Source of the DNA: an uncultured delta proteobacterium
GTDB lineage: Bacteria; Desulfobacterota; Binatia; HRBIN30; BPIQ01
DNA: 64,000 nt
Direction of reading: 5' to 3'
NCBI GenBank assembly: GCA_963761335.1
Contig: CAVXGR010000018.1
Location: 384,001 to 448,000, forward strand
Shown: piece by piece, positions 26,401 through 35,686 of the stretch
How positions within the stretch are numbered: the stretch's first letter is position 1
How the letters are laid out: every line of letters begins with the position of its first letter
Notes under the pieces: generated by a model
The model's input: only the letters and a program-made list of their open reading frames with translations
The model's database searches: none
What the model was told of the DNA's origin: nothing
Made by a program: the position numbers and the translations under genes

Positions 26401-27735
26401 ATGTCTGAGTTGATCGAGAAGTTCCGTTCGCGCCAGGGCACTGTCGGCATCATCGGCCTCGGCTACGTCGGCCTGCCGCTGGCATCGACGATTGCGGAAG
26501 CGGGGTTCTCCGTCTTCGGCTTCGACGTCGACGCGCACAAGGTTGCCGAGCTGCTGGCCGGGCGCAGCTACATCCATCATCTGCCCCAGGAGCGCCTGGC
26601 GGTGCTGATCCGCTCGGAGGCCCTGCCGGCGAAACCGGGGACCGTCTTTCCGACCACCGACTTCTCCCTGCTGCGCCAGTGCGACGCCATTCTCATCTGT
26701 GTGCCGACGCCGCTCACCGAGACCCGCGACCCGGATCTCACCTACGTCGAGCAGACCTCCCGCAAGATCGCCGAGTTCCTCCGCCCGGCGCAGCTGGTGG
26801 TCCTGGAGAGCACCACTTATCCGGGAACCACCGACGAGGTGGTGCAGCCGATCCTGGAGGCCGGAGGCCTCCGCGTCGGCCGCGATTTCCACCTCGCCTT
26901 CTCGCCCGAGCGCGAGGACCCGAACAATCCGAGCTTCAACACGCGCACCATTCCCAAGGTCGTCGGCGGTGTCACCCGCGCCTGCGGCGAGATCGCCGCG
27001 GCCTTCTACGGAGCGGTGCTGGACAGGGTGGTGCCGGTCTCCAGCTCGCGCGTCGCCGAGGCGGCGAAGCTGCTGGAGAACATCTATCGCAGCGTCAACA
27101 TCGCCCTGGTGAACGAGCTCAAGGTGCTCTTCGACCGCATGGGGCTGGATGTCTGGGAGGTCATCGAGGCGGCGGCAACCAAGCCCTTCGGCTTCACGCC
27201 GTTCTATCCCGGACCCGGCCTGGGTGGCCACTGCATTCCCATCGACCCGTTCTACCTCACCTGGAAAGCGCGCCAGTACGAGATGACGACGCGCTTCATC
27301 GAGCTCGCCGGCGAGGTGAATCGGGCGATGCCGGCCTTCGTGGTGCAGAAGGTCCAGGACGCACTCAACGACCGCTCCCGCAGCCTGCGCGGCTCGCGCA
27401 TTCTGCTGCTCGGGGTCGCCTACAAGCGCGACCTCGACGACGATCGCGAGTCTCCGGCGCTGAAGCTGATCGAGCTGCTCGGAGAGAAGGGTGCCGAGGT
27501 CGAGTACAACGACCCCTACGTCCCGGCTCTCAAGCGCTCGCGCAGCTACGACTTCGGGCTGCGCTCCGTGGCGCTCACCGGCGAAATCCTGGCCGCCAAG
27601 GACGCGGTGCTGATCGCCACCGACCACACCTGTTACGACTACGACTTCATCGTCGCCCACAGCAAGCTGGTGGTCGACACGCGCAACGCCACCCGCAAGG
27701 TCCGCGACGGCAGAGAGCGGATCGTGTCCGCGTGA
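26401..27735 (+). CDS. UDP-N-acetylhexosamine 6-dehydrogenase (WbpA/WbpO-like nucleotide sugar dehydrogenase)
   Basis: GLGYVGLP, CVPTP, ESTTYPGTT, FSPERED, GGHCIPIDP and DRESP motifs. Confidence 0.92.
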   Translation: MSELIEKFRSRQGTVGIIGLGYVGLPLASTIAEAGFSVFGFDVDAHKVAELLAGRSYIHHLPQERLAVLIRSEALPAKPGTVFPTTDFSLLRQCDAILICVPTPLTETRDPDLTYVEQTSRKIAEFLRPAQLVVLESTTYPGTTDEVVQPILEAGGLRVGRDFHLAFSPEREDPNNPSFNTRTIPKVVGGVTRACGEIAAAFYGAVLDRVVPVSSSRVAEAAKLLENIYRSVNIALVNELKVLFDRMGLDVWEVIEAAATKPFGFTPFYPGPGLGGHCIPIDPFYLTWKARQYEMTTRFIELAGEVNRAMPAFVVQKVQDALNDRSRSLRGSRILLLGVAYKRDLDDDRESPALKLIELLGEKGAEVEYNDPYVPALKRSRSYDFGLRSVALTGEILAAKDAVLIATDHTCYDYDFIVAHSKLVVDTRNATRKVRDGRERIVSA

Positions 27736-27796
27736 GCGAGGCTTTTCCGGCCGCGGGCACGCCATGCCCGAAACGGTGAGCGGCCCCGGGTAGAGG

Positions 27797-28915
27797 ATGA
27801 TCCCCGTTTTTCGCCCCAGCTTCGGCGAGGAAGAGCTGGAGGCCCTGCGGGAGCCGCTGCGCAGCGGCTGGGTGGCGACCGGACCGAAGACCGCCGAGCT
27901 CGAGCGGCGCTTCGCCGAGCTCATCGGCGCGCCGCAGGCGGTGGCCCTGCAGTCGTGTACCGCCGCGCTCTACCTGGCCATGCGCGTCTCCGGCGTCGAG
28001 GGCGCCGAGGTGGTGACCACGCCGATGACCTTCGTGGCCACCAACCACGCTATTCTCGCCGCCGGCGGTATTCCCGTGTTCGCCGATATCGAGCCGGAGA
28101 CGCTCACCATCGATCCGCTCGAGGTGGAGCGCTGCATCACGCCGCGGACTCGAGCCGTCATGGTGATGCACTATGCCGGTCACCCGGCGCGGCTGGCGGA
28201 GCTCGTACAGCTGACCCAGGATCGCGGCCTGACGCTGGTCGAGGACTGTGCCCACGCTGCCGGCTCCGCGTACGGGGGACGCAAGGTCGGCACCTTTGGC
28301 GCCTACGGCTGCTTCAGCTTTCAGGCGATCAAGAACCTGTCGTCGGGAGACGGTGGCATGATCACCCTCGCCGACGCCGACGTGGCGGCCCGCCTGCGGC
28401 GACTCAGCTGGCTGGGGATCGACAGGGGGAGCTGGGAACGCAGCCGCGGCGGCCACGGCTGGGAGTTCGACGTGACCGAGCTCAGCCTCAAGTATCAGAT
28501 GAACGATCTGGCGGCGGCCATCGGTCTGGTCCAGCTGGGCAAGCTCGAGCACACCAACGCCCGGCGCCGCCACCTGGCGGAGCGCTACACCGCCGCCTTC
28601 GCCGGGATGGAGGGCATCGAGCCTCCGATCGAAAGGCCGGAGGTCCGCAGCGCCTGGCACTGCTACGTCGTCAAGCTGGCGCGCCCGCAGTGGCGCGACC
28701 GACTGGTCGACTTCCTCGCCGAGCGCGGTATTGGCGCCACCGTGCACTACGTGCCCAACCATCTCTTCCGCATCTATGCCCCATACCGCCGCACCCTGCC
28801 GGTCGCCGAGGCGATCTGGCAGCGCATCCTCACCCTGCCGCTGTACCCCGACTTGAGCGACGCCGAGCAGGACCAGGTGATCGGCGCGGTCGCCGACTTC
28901 CTGGGTCGCGTGTGA
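27797..28915 (+). CDS. DegT/DnrJ/EryC1/StrS sugar aminotransferase
   Basis: EDCAHA and FSFQAIKNL (PLP Lys) motifs. Confidence 0.92.
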   Translation: MIPVFRPSFGEEELEALREPLRSGWVATGPKTAELERRFAELIGAPQAVALQSCTAALYLAMRVSGVEGAEVVTTPMTFVATNHAILAAGGIPVFADIEPETLTIDPLEVERCITPRTRAVMVMHYAGHPARLAELVQLTQDRGLTLVEDCAHAAGSAYGGRKVGTFGAYGCFSFQAIKNLSSGDGGMITLADADVAARLRRLSWLGIDRGSWERSRGGHGWEFDVTELSLKYQMNDLAAAIGLVQLGKLEHTNARRRHLAERYTAAFAGMEGIEPPIERPEVRSAWHCYVVKLARPQWRDRLVDFLAERGIGATVHYVPNHLFRIYAPYRRTLPVAEAIWQRILTLPLYPDLSDAEQDQVIGAVADFLGRV

Positions 28916-30072
28916 AATCCATGTCGCCGGACCCGGCCCCGGAGAGACGCCGCCTGCCGCTGCTCGATCTCGGCCGCCAGCATCAGGAGCTGCGCGGCGA
29001 GATCGCCGAGGCGATCGACCGCGTCGTCGGCGCCGGCGCCTTCATCGGCGGCCGGGAGGTGGAGCGCTTCGAGACGGAGTTCGCCGAGTACTGTGGCGCC
29101 GGCCATTGCATCGGCGTTGCCAACGGTACCGACGCCCTGACGCTGGCCCTGCGAGCTCTGCAGATCGGGCCGGGAGACGAGGTGATTACCGTTCCCTTCA
29201 CCTTCGCCGGCACCGTCGAGGCCATCGATCTGGTCGGCGCCACCCCGGTTCTCGTCGATATCGATCCCAGGGACTATACCATCGACGTCACTGCCGCAGC
29301 GCGTGCCCTGGAGCGGCCGCGAGTGAAGGCGCTGATCGCGGTTCATCTCTACGGCCAACCCGCGGACCTGGGCGCCCTGATACCGCTGGCCCGCGAGCGC
29401 CGGGTGGCGGTGGTGGAGGATGCCGCTCAGGCGCACGGAGCCCGATTGCTGCTCGCCGACGGCTGGCGCCGTGCCGGCAGTATCGGCGACCTCGGCTGTT
29501 TCAGCTTCTATCCCAGCAAGAACCTGGGGGCGATGGGCGACGCCGGCGCGGTGACCACCGGCGACGCCGAGCTCGCCCGCCGCGTCCGCTTGCTGGCCAA
29601 TCACGGCCAGGAGAAGAAGTACGAGCACCTGCTGCGGGGCGGCACCAACTCGCGTCTCGACGCCCTGCAGGCGGCCGTCCTGCGCGTCAAGCTGCGGGCC
29701 CTCGACCGCTGGAACGCAGCTCGGCGGCAGGCGGCACACCGCTATGGCGAGCTGTTGCGCGACACGACGGCAGGCGTGCCGCAGGAGCGTGCGGGAGCAG
29801 AGTCTGTGTATCACCAGTACGCCGTGCGGGTGGCCGACCGGGCGCGGGTGCAGGCGTCGTTGGACGAGGAGGGTATCGACACGGCGCTGCACTATCCCCG
29901 CCCCGTGCACCTGCAGCCGGCGTATGCCGGCCTCGGCCTGGGTGCCGGCGCCTTTCCGGCCGCCGAGGCGGCGTCCGCCGAGGTTCTGTCCCTGCCCCTG
30001 TTTCCCCATATCGGGGTGGAGGACCAGCGCCGAGTCGCCGCGGCGGTGCGGCGGGCGACCGCGGGGCGCTAA
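28912..30072 (+). CDS. DegT/DnrJ/EryC1/StrS sugar aminotransferase (second paralog)
   Basis: ANGTDAL, VHLYGQ, EDAAQAHG, FSFYPSKNLGAMGDAG and NSRLDALQA motifs. Confidence 0.92.
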   Translation: MKSMSPDPAPERRRLPLLDLGRQHQELRGEIAEAIDRVVGAGAFIGGREVERFETEFAEYCGAGHCIGVANGTDALTLALRALQIGPGDEVITVPFTFAGTVEAIDLVGATPVLVDIDPRDYTIDVTAAARALERPRVKALIAVHLYGQPADLGALIPLARERRVAVVEDAAQAHGARLLLADGWRRAGSIGDLGCFSFYPSKNLGAMGDAGAVTTGDAELARRVRLLANHGQEKKYEHLLRGGTNSRLDALQAAVLRVKLRALDRWNAARRQAAHRYGELLRDTTAGVPQERAGAESVYHQYAVRVADRARVQASLDEEGIDTALHYPRPVHLQPAYAGLGLGAGAFPAAEAASAEVLSLPLFPHIGVEDQRRVAAAVRRATAGR

Positions 30073-30314
30073 ATGTCCGGCGCCCAAAGGTTTCGCGCGA
30101 AGACCGTTTCCAATTGACTCGATTTGCGCTATACGCAGCCCACGCTGGGGCACGACGAGGGTGACGATATCGCGCCGGTTGGCATCCCGATGGCGCTGCC
30201 GTCGGGTGGCGCTGGCGGCAGGCTCCGATGACCAGCGGGCAAGGTTGTGCCCCAAAGGAAGAAATCAGATTGTCTGTCGAGGTGCTTAGGGCCGCTGAAT
30301 GGCGAAGATGTTCC

Positions 30315-30344
30315 TTGACAGAGTGTCGTGATTTTGAGTATGTA
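30315..30344 (+). promoter_or_regulatory. Putative sigma70 promoter for the tandem secreted proteins
   Basis: TTGACA-N18-TATGTA in an AT-richer intergenic stretch. Confidence 0.4.
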
Positions 30345-30442
30345 GGCCCGCACTTCCGCGGGGCTCCCTCCGGGGGAGCGCGTTTGTTGACGCTCGGTGC
30401 GCGAGGAGTTGAGGGATGAGCCGACTGAAAAGGAGGAGGGCA

Positions 30443-31777
30443 ATGCGAACGGTGAAGTGGAATGCGTTTCTCCGAAGCCTCTGCGGCTTCGCAGTGGCGT
30501 TGGGTGTGATGGCGACGACCGCCTCCGCCGACGTCACGACGGAGCGTGGCGCGTCGATACTGGTGTTCCCGAAGGTGATCGTCAACGCGACCTACAACAC
30601 GACGATCCAGATCGCCAACATCTCCAACGACGTCGTCTACGCGCGCTGCTTCTACGTCGATGCCCGGCTGAGCAATCCGAGCCTCCCGGAGAGCCCGCTC
30701 AATCCGCGCCAGTGGATAGAGACGGACTTCCAGATCCGCCTGACGCGCCAGCAGCCCACCCATTGGGACGCGCTGCGCGGCCGCCCGGTGAATCCTCTCG
30801 ACAGCCCGTGCTCGGGGGGGCCCACCTGCATTCCCGTCGACAGCACCTCGATCGAGCTGAACGGAACCGGCATTGACCCCGGCGCCGTGCCGCCGGTCGC
30901 GCCCGGATTCGAGGGAGAGCTCAAGTGCGTCGAGGTGGACGCCTCGGGGACACCTCTGGGCGGCAATCACCTGAAGGGCGAAGCGACGATCGTCGGTGGC
31001 AACCCTGGCCCGGCGGGGGCGAACAGCAACCTGCGGGACGTCAGTAAGTACAACGCCATCGGCATCGAGGGTACCCAGCTCGTCGGCGCCACCGGCAATG
31101 ACCTCCAGCTGAACAACATCAGCGGCGAGGACGGCGGCATGTACGACGCCTGCCCCGAGACCACGATCATCGATCACTTCGCCGAAGGCGCTGAGAGCCC
31201 GCTCGCTGCAGCCGAGCGCATCGGTCGCCGCTGCTTGACGGCTCCTGGGACTCTCTGCAATTCCGATACTGACTGCCCGGCCGTCACTCCCTGCGTGACC
31301 GGCGGAATTTGCAGCGGCATCGCGACGGCGTGCACCGCGAATACCGACTGCTCCGTTGGGCAGACCTGCCAGCTCGCCGGCGTCTACAGTCAACTGACCG
31401 TCGTCCCGTGCACGCAGAACTTCGAGTTCCAGAACTCGCCCGACAACGCCGTCACCCTGCAGTTCAAGGTGTACAACGAGTTCGAGCAGTTCTTCTCTGC
31501 CAGCACCACTGTGGTCTGCTGGGAGAACGCCTCGCTGAGCACTCTCGGCGGCGTCAACGCCTTCACCGTCGGGGCTCTCGGTACCCCCGTCGCCCAGACC
31601 TTCATGCGGCCCGCGGACATCAACGACGGCGGTGTTCTCGCCGTCCTCGAGGAGTTCCATCGCGACGCCCGCGGCTTCGTGGCTCGCGATGCTCTGAACG
31701 TTCACACCGAGGGGAACCGTTTCTTCGGAGAGAATGGGGACGAGTTCGACCACATCACCCTGCCCGATCTGTTCTGA
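30443..31777 (+). CDS. Secreted Cys-rich protein of unknown function (paralog A)
   Basis: AGGAGG SD, signal peptide ending ASA-D, and many motifs shared with the next gene. Confidence 0.85.
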   Translation: MRTVKWNAFLRSLCGFAVALGVMATTASADVTTERGASILVFPKVIVNATYNTTIQIANISNDVVYARCFYVDARLSNPSLPESPLNPRQWIETDFQIRLTRQQPTHWDALRGRPVNPLDSPCSGGPTCIPVDSTSIELNGTGIDPGAVPPVAPGFEGELKCVEVDASGTPLGGNHLKGEATIVGGNPGPAGANSNLRDVSKYNAIGIEGTQLVGATGNDLQLNNISGEDGGMYDACPETTIIDHFAEGAESPLAAAERIGRRCLTAPGTLCNSDTDCPAVTPCVTGGICSGIATACTANTDCSVGQTCQLAGVYSQLTVVPCTQNFEFQNSPDNAVTLQFKVYNEFEQFFSASTTVVCWENASLSTLGGVNAFTVGALGTPVAQTFMRPADINDGGVLAVLEEFHRDARGFVARDALNVHTEGNRFFGENGDEFDHITLPDLF

Positions 31778-31854
31778 GGGGGAAAGAGGCGATGAGCACG
31801 GAGATGAGGGCTGCGGTTGGTGTCTCCCTTAACGGTGGAAAAAGGAGAAGGGCA

Positions 31855-33090
31855 ATGCGTACGGTGAAGCGAAATCCTTTTCTCTCGGGTCTGTGCGCGA
31901 TGGCGGTCCTGGGAGGGATGATTCTGGTGGGTACGGCTCGCGCCGACATGACCTCGGACACCCCGGCGGGCTTGCTCATCTTTCCGAAGCTGGTGATCCA
32001 GCCGTCCACCGACAGCATCGGGCCACTGGCCACAGATACCGTGGTGCAGATCAGCAACACCTCGGCGGATCTGGTGAAGGTGCGGTGCTACTTGGTGAAT
32101 GCCAACTCGCACTGTTCCAATGCCAGCGAGCAGGTGTGCGATCCCCATGCCGACCCGGAAGTGTCCTCGCCTCTGCTCTGCGATGAGGGGGCCTACTGCG
32201 TGCAGGGCTGGACGGAGACCGACTTCCAGTTCACGCTCACCCAGTATCAGCCGATCTCCTGGCGCCTGAGCGAGGGGCTGAGCCCGTTTCCGCTCGACGG
32301 TGTCCAGCACATCGGTCCGGGAGGCCAGTTCAACCTGCTGAGCAGCATCCCGCGGGCGAGCGAGATTCCCTTCCGGGGTGAGATGAAGTGCTTCGAGGTC
32401 GACCAGGGTGACAATCCGATCGCCGCCAACGACCTGAAGGGCGAGGCGACGATCTATACCGCCAGCGGTGGCGGATACGATGTGCGTGCCTACAACGCCG
32501 TCGGCCTGCTCTCGAAGGACTTCAACAACGGCGACGATACCCTCTGCCTCGGCGGTTCCGGTACCGACGAGTGCCCGGAGCCGGAGTACAACGGCTGCCC
32601 GAACATCCTCATCCTCGACCACTACTTCGAGGGCGCTCCGGATCCCTCCATTCCGGCTCCGACGACCTACGTCACCACCGATCTGACGCTGGTTCCCTGC
32701 AGTGAGGACTTCCTCACCCAGTCGATTGCCCGCACGGCGGTACAGTTCCTGGTGTTCAACGAGTTCGAGCAGCGTCTGTCGGTGAGCATGCCGATCAAGT
32801 GCTTCGATGAGCGCCGGCTGGCCGACATCGACACTCGCCCCGGAATTGCTGACGACATGTACTCGATCTTCAGCGTCTTCGTTCAGGGAACGCTGACCGG
32901 GCAGTCGCGTATCCGCGGCGTGCAGACGGGAGAGACCAACCTCGGGCACGGCTTGGTCGGTGTCGCCGAGGAGTTCCATGGGTTTGTGCCGGGCATCCCC
33001 GACTCCTTTGGAGTCCGCTCCGCGGCCTTCAACCTGCACTACGCCGGCACCCGCGATCAGGGGGATGTCGTCCGCGTGCCTCGCGAGTAG
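31855..33090 (+). CDS. Secreted Cys-rich protein of unknown function (paralog B)
   Basis: AGGAGA SD, the same MRTVK leader, and shared FPK, ETDFQ, GE.KC.EVD, LKGEATI, YNA.G, VPC, NEFEQ and EEFH motifs. Confidence 0.85.
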   Translation: MRTVKRNPFLSGLCAMAVLGGMILVGTARADMTSDTPAGLLIFPKLVIQPSTDSIGPLATDTVVQISNTSADLVKVRCYLVNANSHCSNASEQVCDPHADPEVSSPLLCDEGAYCVQGWTETDFQFTLTQYQPISWRLSEGLSPFPLDGVQHIGPGGQFNLLSSIPRASEIPFRGEMKCFEVDQGDNPIAANDLKGEATIYTASGGGYDVRAYNAVGLLSKDFNNGDDTLCLGGSGTDECPEPEYNGCPNILILDHYFEGAPDPSIPAPTTYVTTDLTLVPCSEDFLTQSIARTAVQFLVFNEFEQRLSVSMPIKCFDERRLADIDTRPGIADDMYSIFSVFVQGTLTGQSRIRGVQTGETNLGHGLVGVAEEFHGFVPGIPDSFGVRSAAFNLHYAGTRDQGDVVRVPRE

Positions 33091-33113
33091 GCGAGCCGCA
33101 ACCACTTCGCAGT

Positions 33114-33158
33114 GAAACGGGGATCGGGCCGTGCGGCTCGGTCCCCGTTTCCATTTTG
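33114..33158 (+). terminator. Intrinsic terminator
   Basis: gaaacggggatcgggcc-gtgc-ggctcggtccccgtttc followed by cattttg. Confidence 0.7.
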
Positions 33159-33326
33159 GGCGAACTGATTTGACCGGACGTCCGCCCAGCAGGTAAAAGA
33201 GTTGCTGCCGCGACGTCGCCGACGATCCGGCGGTTCGAGAAATGTCGACTTGCTCGTGGCATCGCCAGCGGAAAACCAGGCCTTCACACCCGTCCTGCGC
33301 CTTCGTCACTCTCGCGGCCTGCTGAA

Positions 33327-34355
33327 ATGAAGATCCTGGTCACCGGTGGGGCGGGCTTCATCGGCTCGAATCTGCTCCGCCATATCCTCGCCCATCGCCC
33401 CCAGGATTCCGTCGTCAACCTCGACGCCCTGACCTATGCGGGGAACCTGGAGAACCTGCGCGACGTCGAGGGGGAGCGGCGCTACTCATTCGTGCGCGGC
33501 GACATCGCCGATGCGGCGGCGGTGGAGAGCACCGTCGCCGGTGGCATCGAGGTGATCGTCAACTGTGCCGCGGCGACCCATGTGGACCGCAGCATCGACT
33601 CGGCAGATACCTTTGTCCGAACCAATGTCGTGGGCACCGCGACCCTGCTGGAGGCGGCCCGCCGCCACGGCGTGCGGCAGTTCATTCAAGTGTCGACCGA
33701 CGAGGTATACGGCAGTCTCGGCTCGACCGGGGTGTTCACCGAAAGCTCGCCGCTGTGCCCGAGCAGCCCCTATTCGGCGAGCAAGGCGGGAGCCGATCTT
33801 CTGGCGCTTTCCTACGGCACGACCTACGGGCTGGCGGTGATCGTCAGCCGCTGCTCCAACAACTTCGGGCCGTTTCAATTTCCCGAGAAGCTGATTCCCC
33901 TGTTTGCCACCAACGCCATGGACGATCAGCCGCTGCCTCTCTATGGCGACGGGCGCAATGTGCGCGACTGGATTCACGTCGACGACCACTGCGCCGCTCT
34001 CTGTGCGCTGCTCGAGCACGGCGTCCCGGGCGAGGTGTACAACGTCGGCGCCGGCAATGAGTGCAGCAACCTCGAGCTGACGCGCCGCATTCTGGGGGAG
34101 CTCGGCAAGTCGGAGTCCCTGATCCGCCGCGTCAGCGATCGCCCGGGGCACGATCTCCGCTACGCGGTCGACTCGGCCAAGCTGCGGCGGCAGACGGGAT
34201 GGCGACCGCAGCGGGAGTTTTCCGGGGCCCTGCGGCAGACGATCGACTGGTATCGGGAGAATCGCCGCTGGTGGGAACGGATCAAGAGCGGCGCCTATCG
34301 CGACTACTATGAGGCGATGTACGGCGGCCGCTTGCAGACGGCAGCAGGCGTATGA
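33327..34355 (+). CDS. rfbB: dTDP-glucose 4,6-dehydratase
   Basis: TGGAGFIGS, LTYAGN, HVDRSI, STDEVYG, YSASK and DRPGHDLRYA motifs. Confidence 0.95.
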   Translation: MKILVTGGAGFIGSNLLRHILAHRPQDSVVNLDALTYAGNLENLRDVEGERRYSFVRGDIADAAAVESTVAGGIEVIVNCAAATHVDRSIDSADTFVRTNVVGTATLLEAARRHGVRQFIQVSTDEVYGSLGSTGVFTESSPLCPSSPYSASKAGADLLALSYGTTYGLAVIVSRCSNNFGPFQFPEKLIPLFATNAMDDQPLPLYGDGRNVRDWIHVDDHCAALCALLEHGVPGEVYNVGAGNECSNLELTRRILGELGKSESLIRRVSDRPGHDLRYAVDSAKLRRQTGWRPQREFSGALRQTIDWYRENRRWWERIKSGAYRDYYEAMYGGRLQTAAGV

Positions 34356-35284
34356 AGGCGGCCCGATCGACGCCGGCGCCGGCCATGGCGCGGCGGCAGA
34401 CCTCGATGGTGCGCGACGTCATCCAGATCATGCGGCCGACCCAATGGTCGAAGAATGCCGTTCTCTTTGCCGCGCTGATCTTCTCCAAGCACCTTTTCGA
34501 TCCGCACGCGGTGCTCACCGTGCTGACCGGCTTCTTCGCCTTCTGCATGATCGCCAGCGCCGCCTACGTGATGAACGACCTGCGCGACTGCGAGCGCGAT
34601 CGCCAGCATCCGCTCAAGTCACAACGGCCCCTGCCGGCGGGCCGCATCGGCCGTCCGACGGCGATCGGCATCTCGCTGGTGGTGGGGAGCAGCGGCCTGC
34701 TGATCGCCGCTGCTCTCGGCCCGGGCTTCGGGACGCTCGCCGTGCTCTACCTAGCGCTGCAATTCGCCTACACCTTCGTGCTCAAAGAGGTCGTCATTCT
34801 CGACGTGATGTCGATCGCCACCGGGTTCGTTATTCGCGCTGTCGCCGGCGGGGTGGTGATTCAGGTTCCGGTCTCTCCATGGCTGGTCATCTGCACCTTT
34901 CTGCTGGCGCTCTTCCTCGGCTTTGCCAAGCGCCGCCACGAGCTGGTGCTCCTCGAGGCGCGCGCCATGGATCACCGCCGCGCCCTGCGGGAGTACAGCC
35001 CGTACTTCCTCGATCAGATGATGTCGGTGGTGAGCGCCTCGACGGTGGTTGCCTATGCGATCTATACGGTCTCTCCCGAGGTGCGCGAGAAGCTCGGCAC
35101 GGAGCAGCTCTACCTGACGATTCCCTTCGTTCTCTTCGGAATCTTTCGCTACCTGTACCTGGTGCACCAGAAGGAGGAGGGCGGCAACCCGACACAGCTG
35201 CTGCTGCGCGACGGGCCACTCCTGGTCGACGTGCTGCTCTGGGTCGCCACTGTCGCGCTGCTGCTGTACTGGGGGCAGGCGTAA
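34352..35284 (+). CDS. UbiA-family polyprenyl-phosphate phosphoribosyltransferase
   Basis: RPTQWSKN, NDLRD..RDRQHP.K..RP and KRRHEL...R..L.EYS motifs. Confidence 0.88.
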   Translation: MKAARSTPAPAMARRQTSMVRDVIQIMRPTQWSKNAVLFAALIFSKHLFDPHAVLTVLTGFFAFCMIASAAYVMNDLRDCERDRQHPLKSQRPLPAGRIGRPTAIGISLVVGSSGLLIAAALGPGFGTLAVLYLALQFAYTFVLKEVVILDVMSIATGFVIRAVAGGVVIQVPVSPWLVICTFLLALFLGFAKRRHELVLLEARAMDHRRALREYSPYFLDQMMSVVSASTVVAYAIYTVSPEVREKLGTEQLYLTIPFVLFGIFRYLYLVHQKEEGGNPTQLLLRDGPLLVDVLLWVATVALLLYWGQA

Positions 35285-35287
35285 CCG

Positions 35288-35665
35288 ATGAAGGCGGAGA
35301 TCTTCCGGGGGCGGCGGGTCTCGAAGCCGTGGGGCTACGAGCTCATCTGGGCAGAGGCGGAGACGTATGTCGGCAAGCTGCTCCACATCGAGCGCGGCGA
35401 GTCTCTCAGCCTGCAGTTCCATGAGCGCAAGGACGAGACGGTGCACCTGCTGTCCGGGGTCCTCGATCTGGAGATCGGCGATGCCGGCGAGCCACTCACC
35501 CATCTGCGGATGTCTCCCGGCGACAGCTTCCGCATCCGACCCCGCCTGCGTCACCGCATGACCGCCGTGGAGACCTGCGACGTCATGGAGGCGTCGACCG
35601 GGGAGATCGATGATCTGGTGCGTCTCGATGACCGCTACGGCCGTGCCGGCTCTCGCCGGCCCTGA
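35288..35665 (+). CDS. Cupin-domain protein (mannose-6-phosphate isomerase type II C-terminal-like)
   Basis: KPWG, LSLQFHERKDE, HRM and DLVRLDDRYGR motifs. Confidence 0.85.
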   Translation: MKAEIFRGRRVSKPWGYELIWAEAETYVGKLLHIERGESLSLQFHERKDETVHLLSGVLDLEIGDAGEPLTHLRMSPGDSFRIRPRLRHRMTAVETCDVMEASTGEIDDLVRLDDRYGRAGSRRP

Positions 35666-35686
35666 GCGTATTGGCGCAGCCGCGCC

